A stretch of DNA of 37,885 bases, from positions 1-37,885 of IMG/VR virus record IMGVR_UViG_3300046787_000110, one strand, 5' to 3'. The notes beneath the pieces were generated by a model. It made no database searches, was not told the DNA's origin, and worked only from the letters and a program-made list of their open reading frames with translations. The position numbers and the translations under genes are program-made. Each line of letters opens with the position of its first letter. Position 1 is the stretch's first letter. This document shows, one piece after another, positions 35,384 to 37,885 of this stretch. Origin of the DNA: a virus (taxonomy: Duplodnaviria; Caudoviricetes).

Positions 35384-35589
35384 TGAAATCACTGGAAGAT
35401 GCACCAAAACAGGGCTTACTGCAAGACGAGCTGTCAAACAGCGAGACAAAGAGACTGAGCCGGTGGTTTGCAAGCAGACCCGACGCAAGGTATGTACTCA
35501 AGAAACAATTGGAGAAAGAACGTGATGAAAAAGCTAACAGGACTGGACGAGGCCATAATGGGCATGGTGTCGGCGATGATCGAGGGTGA
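35383..35589 (+). CDS. Possible hypothetical protein
   Basis: ATG 35383 (MKSLEDAPKQG...); long overlap with the next ORF. Confidence 0.4.
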
Positions 35590-35773
35590 GAGGGTTAACA
35601 CACTGGTGTACAGTGGCAACAAGATACATGCCATTCTGCAGGCGAGGGACGGCATGGAGTGGGACGAGGCGCTAGACTTCATTGACTTCAACATAGAAGG
35701 TATGTATATTGGCAAGGACACCCCACTACTGGTGTGGGACTTACCCGACGACTGGGAGGCGCTAGACCTATGA
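35525..35773 (+). CDS. Conserved phage hypothetical protein
   Basis: MKKLTGLDEAIMG...DGMEWDEALDFIDFNIEGMYIG. Confidence 0.75.
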   Translation: MKKLTGLDEAIMGMVSAMIEGERVNTLVYSGNKIHAILQARDGMEWDEALDFIDFNIEGMYIGKDTPLLVWDLPDDWEALDL

Positions 35774-36018
35774 ACCAAGACGACATTATTGAGATGGCTG
35801 AACAAGCTCATCAAAAATTGGTGACAGAGGTTTATGTTGGTCACATGAAACAGCTAGATCCTTGGACTATTGAGTTGTTAAAAATATTTGCCAAGCTAGT
35901 AGCACAGAATGAGCGCGAGGCATGTGCGTACAGAGCAAGAATTGCGTTACTGGGTGTTGATCGTGATCTTGCAATTCGTGTCGATAAAATTATAGGGCTC
36001 AGATATGAACAAAGATGA
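35770..36018 (+). CDS. EREACA-motif phage protein
   Basis: MNQDDIIEMA...FAKLVAQNEREACA; GGAGG RBS. Confidence 0.75.
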   Translation: MNQDDIIEMAEQAHQKLVTEVYVGHMKQLDPWTIELLKIFAKLVAQNEREACAYRARIALLGVDRDLAIRVDKIIGLRYEQR

Positions 36019-36247
36019 AATCAGAAAAATAGCGATACAGGCAGGGTTTTTTATTGGGTTGGATAGTGTCCCGTTTAATGTTCAAACTATTGAAGACTTT
36101 GCCAAGCTAGTAGCACACCATGAGCGTGAGGCGTGTGCAAAGGTGTGTGATGACATCAACGCAAAGTACAAATGGCCTGATGATGTAGCAGAACGAGTTG
36201 CAAGCCAATGGTGTGCTGATTCCATCCGAGCAAGGGGGCAAGCATGA
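36005..36247 (+). CDS. EREACA-motif phage protein (paralogue of the previous gene)
   Basis: FAKLVAHHEREACAKVCD...CADSIRARG; shares tttgccaagctagtagcac with the previous gene. Confidence 0.8.
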   Translation: MNKDEIRKIAIQAGFFIGLDSVPFNVQTIEDFAKLVAHHEREACAKVCDDINAKYKWPDDVAERVASQWCADSIRARGQA

Positions 36248-36438
36248 CAGAAATTTATGTTGTCCGCAAACACAAGATTACCCGACACAAGTATTTTATA
36301 GATGGGCTTTCTTACTACAATGCGTTCGAAATTCATGGAGCCTATGCAATGAAAAAAGAAGCTAAGGTTGAAGCCGAAAAAAAGAACGCAAAATCCAGAG
36401 ATTACATTTACCTTGTTGGAAAGGTGGTGGTCAAATGA
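36244..36438 (+). CDS. Hypothetical basic protein
   Basis: 64 aa, ATGA overlap. Confidence 0.65.
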   Translation: MTEIYVVRKHKITRHKYFIDGLSYYNAFEIHGAYAMKKEAKVEAEKKNAKSRDYIYLVGKVVVK

Positions 36439-36770
36439 CAACCAAATTGCACAAAGAAACAGTTGCCGCAATTGAGAAGTGGTGCGCCAAAAAGAAGTGG
36501 AAGTTGATTAGTAAACCGCGCCATGTGCATCCTCGGTCGTATGTGGTGGGGTACGCGGCATCGAAGTGCCTGATTGTGGCAAGGTGTTGGGCAGACAGCG
36601 AACCACAAACTATGAACTGGAACAAACAACACCCGCTAGAGATTGTGCACGAGTTTGACGAAACATTGAAGGCAGGGGACTGGTGTGCAACGGCGTACGT
36701 CAGCACAATAGGGTTTGGTCAACCGGTGGCCATTCACATACCCACCACCCAAGCAAGGAGCAAAGCATGA
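36435..36770 (+). CDS. Hypothetical protein
   Basis: 111 aa, ATGA overlap. Confidence 0.7.
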   Translation: MTTKLHKETVAAIEKWCAKKKWKLISKPRHVHPRSYVVGYAASKCLIVARCWADSEPQTMNWNKQHPLEIVHEFDETLKAGDWCATAYVSTIGFGQPVAIHIPTTQARSKA

Positions 36771-37009
36771 ACCAAGATGAATTCAACAACGCAGAGACAG
36801 AGTCCAAGTTGCGCATGGAGTTGATAGCGCAACAGGAGAAGTACAAGACGGGGTGGCCCCTTGGCGACCCAAGGGAGTTTTTTAACCAACCACAGCGCGA
36901 GTGGGTTGGGTTGACAAGAGAAGAGATATTGGAGGCACGTTGGCATAACAAATCAAGTTACAAGTTTGCACGAGTATTAGAAGACATGTTAAGGGAGCGC
37001 AACACATGA
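36767..37009 (+). CDS. Hypothetical protein (REWVGLT motif)
   Basis: Start reassigned to the ATG after AAGGAG. Confidence 0.7.
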   Translation: MNQDEFNNAETESKLRMELIAQQEKYKTGWPLGDPREFFNQPQREWVGLTREEILEARWHNKSSYKFARVLEDMLRERNT

Positions 37010-37290
37010 GCGAAGACGAGATGAAGTTTTTAGCCGAGGTGGCGCATCGTGCCAAAGACCCGACCATGATGCAGTCAATCATTATGTCGGCGGTGGGTGG
37101 CGTGCGTCGCAATGCCGAGGAGGTGCGCAAACACGCAGTTGACATGGAGGTGGTGGCCAACATGGCGATGAACACGCGGTTGTTCAAAGGCAACGAGAAG
37201 TTCTTGGCCGACAAGCTTGAAAGTTGGAAGCACATGAACGGCCTGCGGTGGGATGACCAAATTGCCAAACTGAAAGAGAAGAGCACATGA
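37006..37290 (+). CDS. Hypothetical protein
   Basis: 94 aa, GGGAG RBS. Confidence 0.7.
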   Translation: MSEDEMKFLAEVAHRAKDPTMMQSIIMSAVGGVRRNAEEVRKHAVDMEVVANMAMNTRLFKGNEKFLADKLESWKHMNGLRWDDQIAKLKEKST

Positions 37291-37469
37291 GCAAGTTAAT
37301 TGGTTTTTTAATCCTTGGGTTTGTTTGGCTTTTCTTTGTTTGGCTTGCGTTTTCGTTTGGCCTATGGGATCTGAACCCTGCAAACTGGGACGGCGCGGTT
37401 AGAGTAACATGCGCTTTTATTGGATTCTTTCCACCATTATTTATAGTCCCACAGATGTGGTACGATTAA
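37287..37469 (+). CDS. Small membrane protein (two hydrophobic segments)
   Basis: 60 aa, Phe/Leu/Trp-rich. Confidence 0.65.
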   Translation: MSKLIGFLILGFVWLFFVWLAFSFGLWDLNPANWDGAVRVTCAFIGFFPPLFIVPQMWYD

Positions 37470-37477
37470 GGAACAAC

Positions 37478-37711
37478 ATGAAGGTAAAAGACCTAATTGC
37501 CGTACTGCAGACGTACGACCCTGAATTGATGGTAGTCAGGTCAGGGTACGAGGGTGGCGTGGATGAGATTATGGGCCACGACAAAGAAACAATCGCGCTG
37601 AACGTCAACGCAGAATGGTACTACGGCCCCCACGAGGTGGTGACGGACGAAGACCAAGACGAGCCGGAGTACGAAGGCCATGAGCGCACACAGGCAGTTT
37701 ATCTGCGATAA
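37478..37711 (+). CDS. Hypothetical protein
   Basis: MKVKDLIAVLQTYDPEL...GYEGG; AAGGA RBS. Confidence 0.75.
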   Translation: MKVKDLIAVLQTYDPELMVVRSGYEGGVDEIMGHDKETIALNVNAEWYYGPHEVVTDEDQDEPEYEGHERTQAVYLR

Positions 37712-37719
37712 GGAACAAC

Positions 37720-37885
37720 ATGAAGCTATACGACGTACCAAGACACAGCACAGTCATTTTGGAAGACGGTGAAGAGATTTACTTCTACCGAGTTGACGGC
37801 ATGTATTCATACTGCAAAAACAAAGAGGGTGACGTGGTGCACTTGGCCGCGTGGACCGAGGTGACAGTGAAGGAGAAACAAGATG
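37720..37885 (+). CDS. Hypothetical protein, runs off the window edge
   Basis: MKLYDVPRHSTV...VDGMYSYC...; AAGGA RBS. Confidence 0.65.
   Translation, partial: MKLYDVPRHSTVILEDGEEIYFYRVDGMYSYCKNKEGDVVHLAAWTEVTVKEKQD

Overview
The window is about 38 kb of a tailed (podovirus-like) phage genome; the host is inferred to be proteobacterial, probably betaproteobacterial. Bases ~1-28,080 form a minus-strand late module: an intein-derived ORF, terminase large subunit, portal, HNH, GroES-like co-chaperonin, scaffold, major capsid, lysis genes, small basic proteins, adaptor/tail/fibre genes, and a >993-aa virion protein with an SGNH-hydrolase-like domain that runs off the left edge. Bases ~28,800-37,885 form a plus-strand run of small early-type genes. 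The most unusual signals are non-coding. (1) Nine sigma54 (-24/-12) consensus sites are packed into ~210 bp in both orientations and followed directly by a Fur-like box. (2) Seven identical 27-bp elements head the early gene cassettes, three of them preceded by a hairpin showing covariation. (3) Two ~110-bp inverted elements with poly(A)26/poly(T)31 cores bracket the ~7-kb early block, and one lies next to paired IHF consensus sites. (4) A bipartite GGGCR-N14-TRTGKGTRMTT motif occurs six times ahead of late transcription units. Also notable are an intact but apparently catalytically dead intein/LAGLIDADG ORF at the usual small-terminase position and two early proteins ending in SSB-tail-like motifs. 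All calls are by eye; no database search was run.
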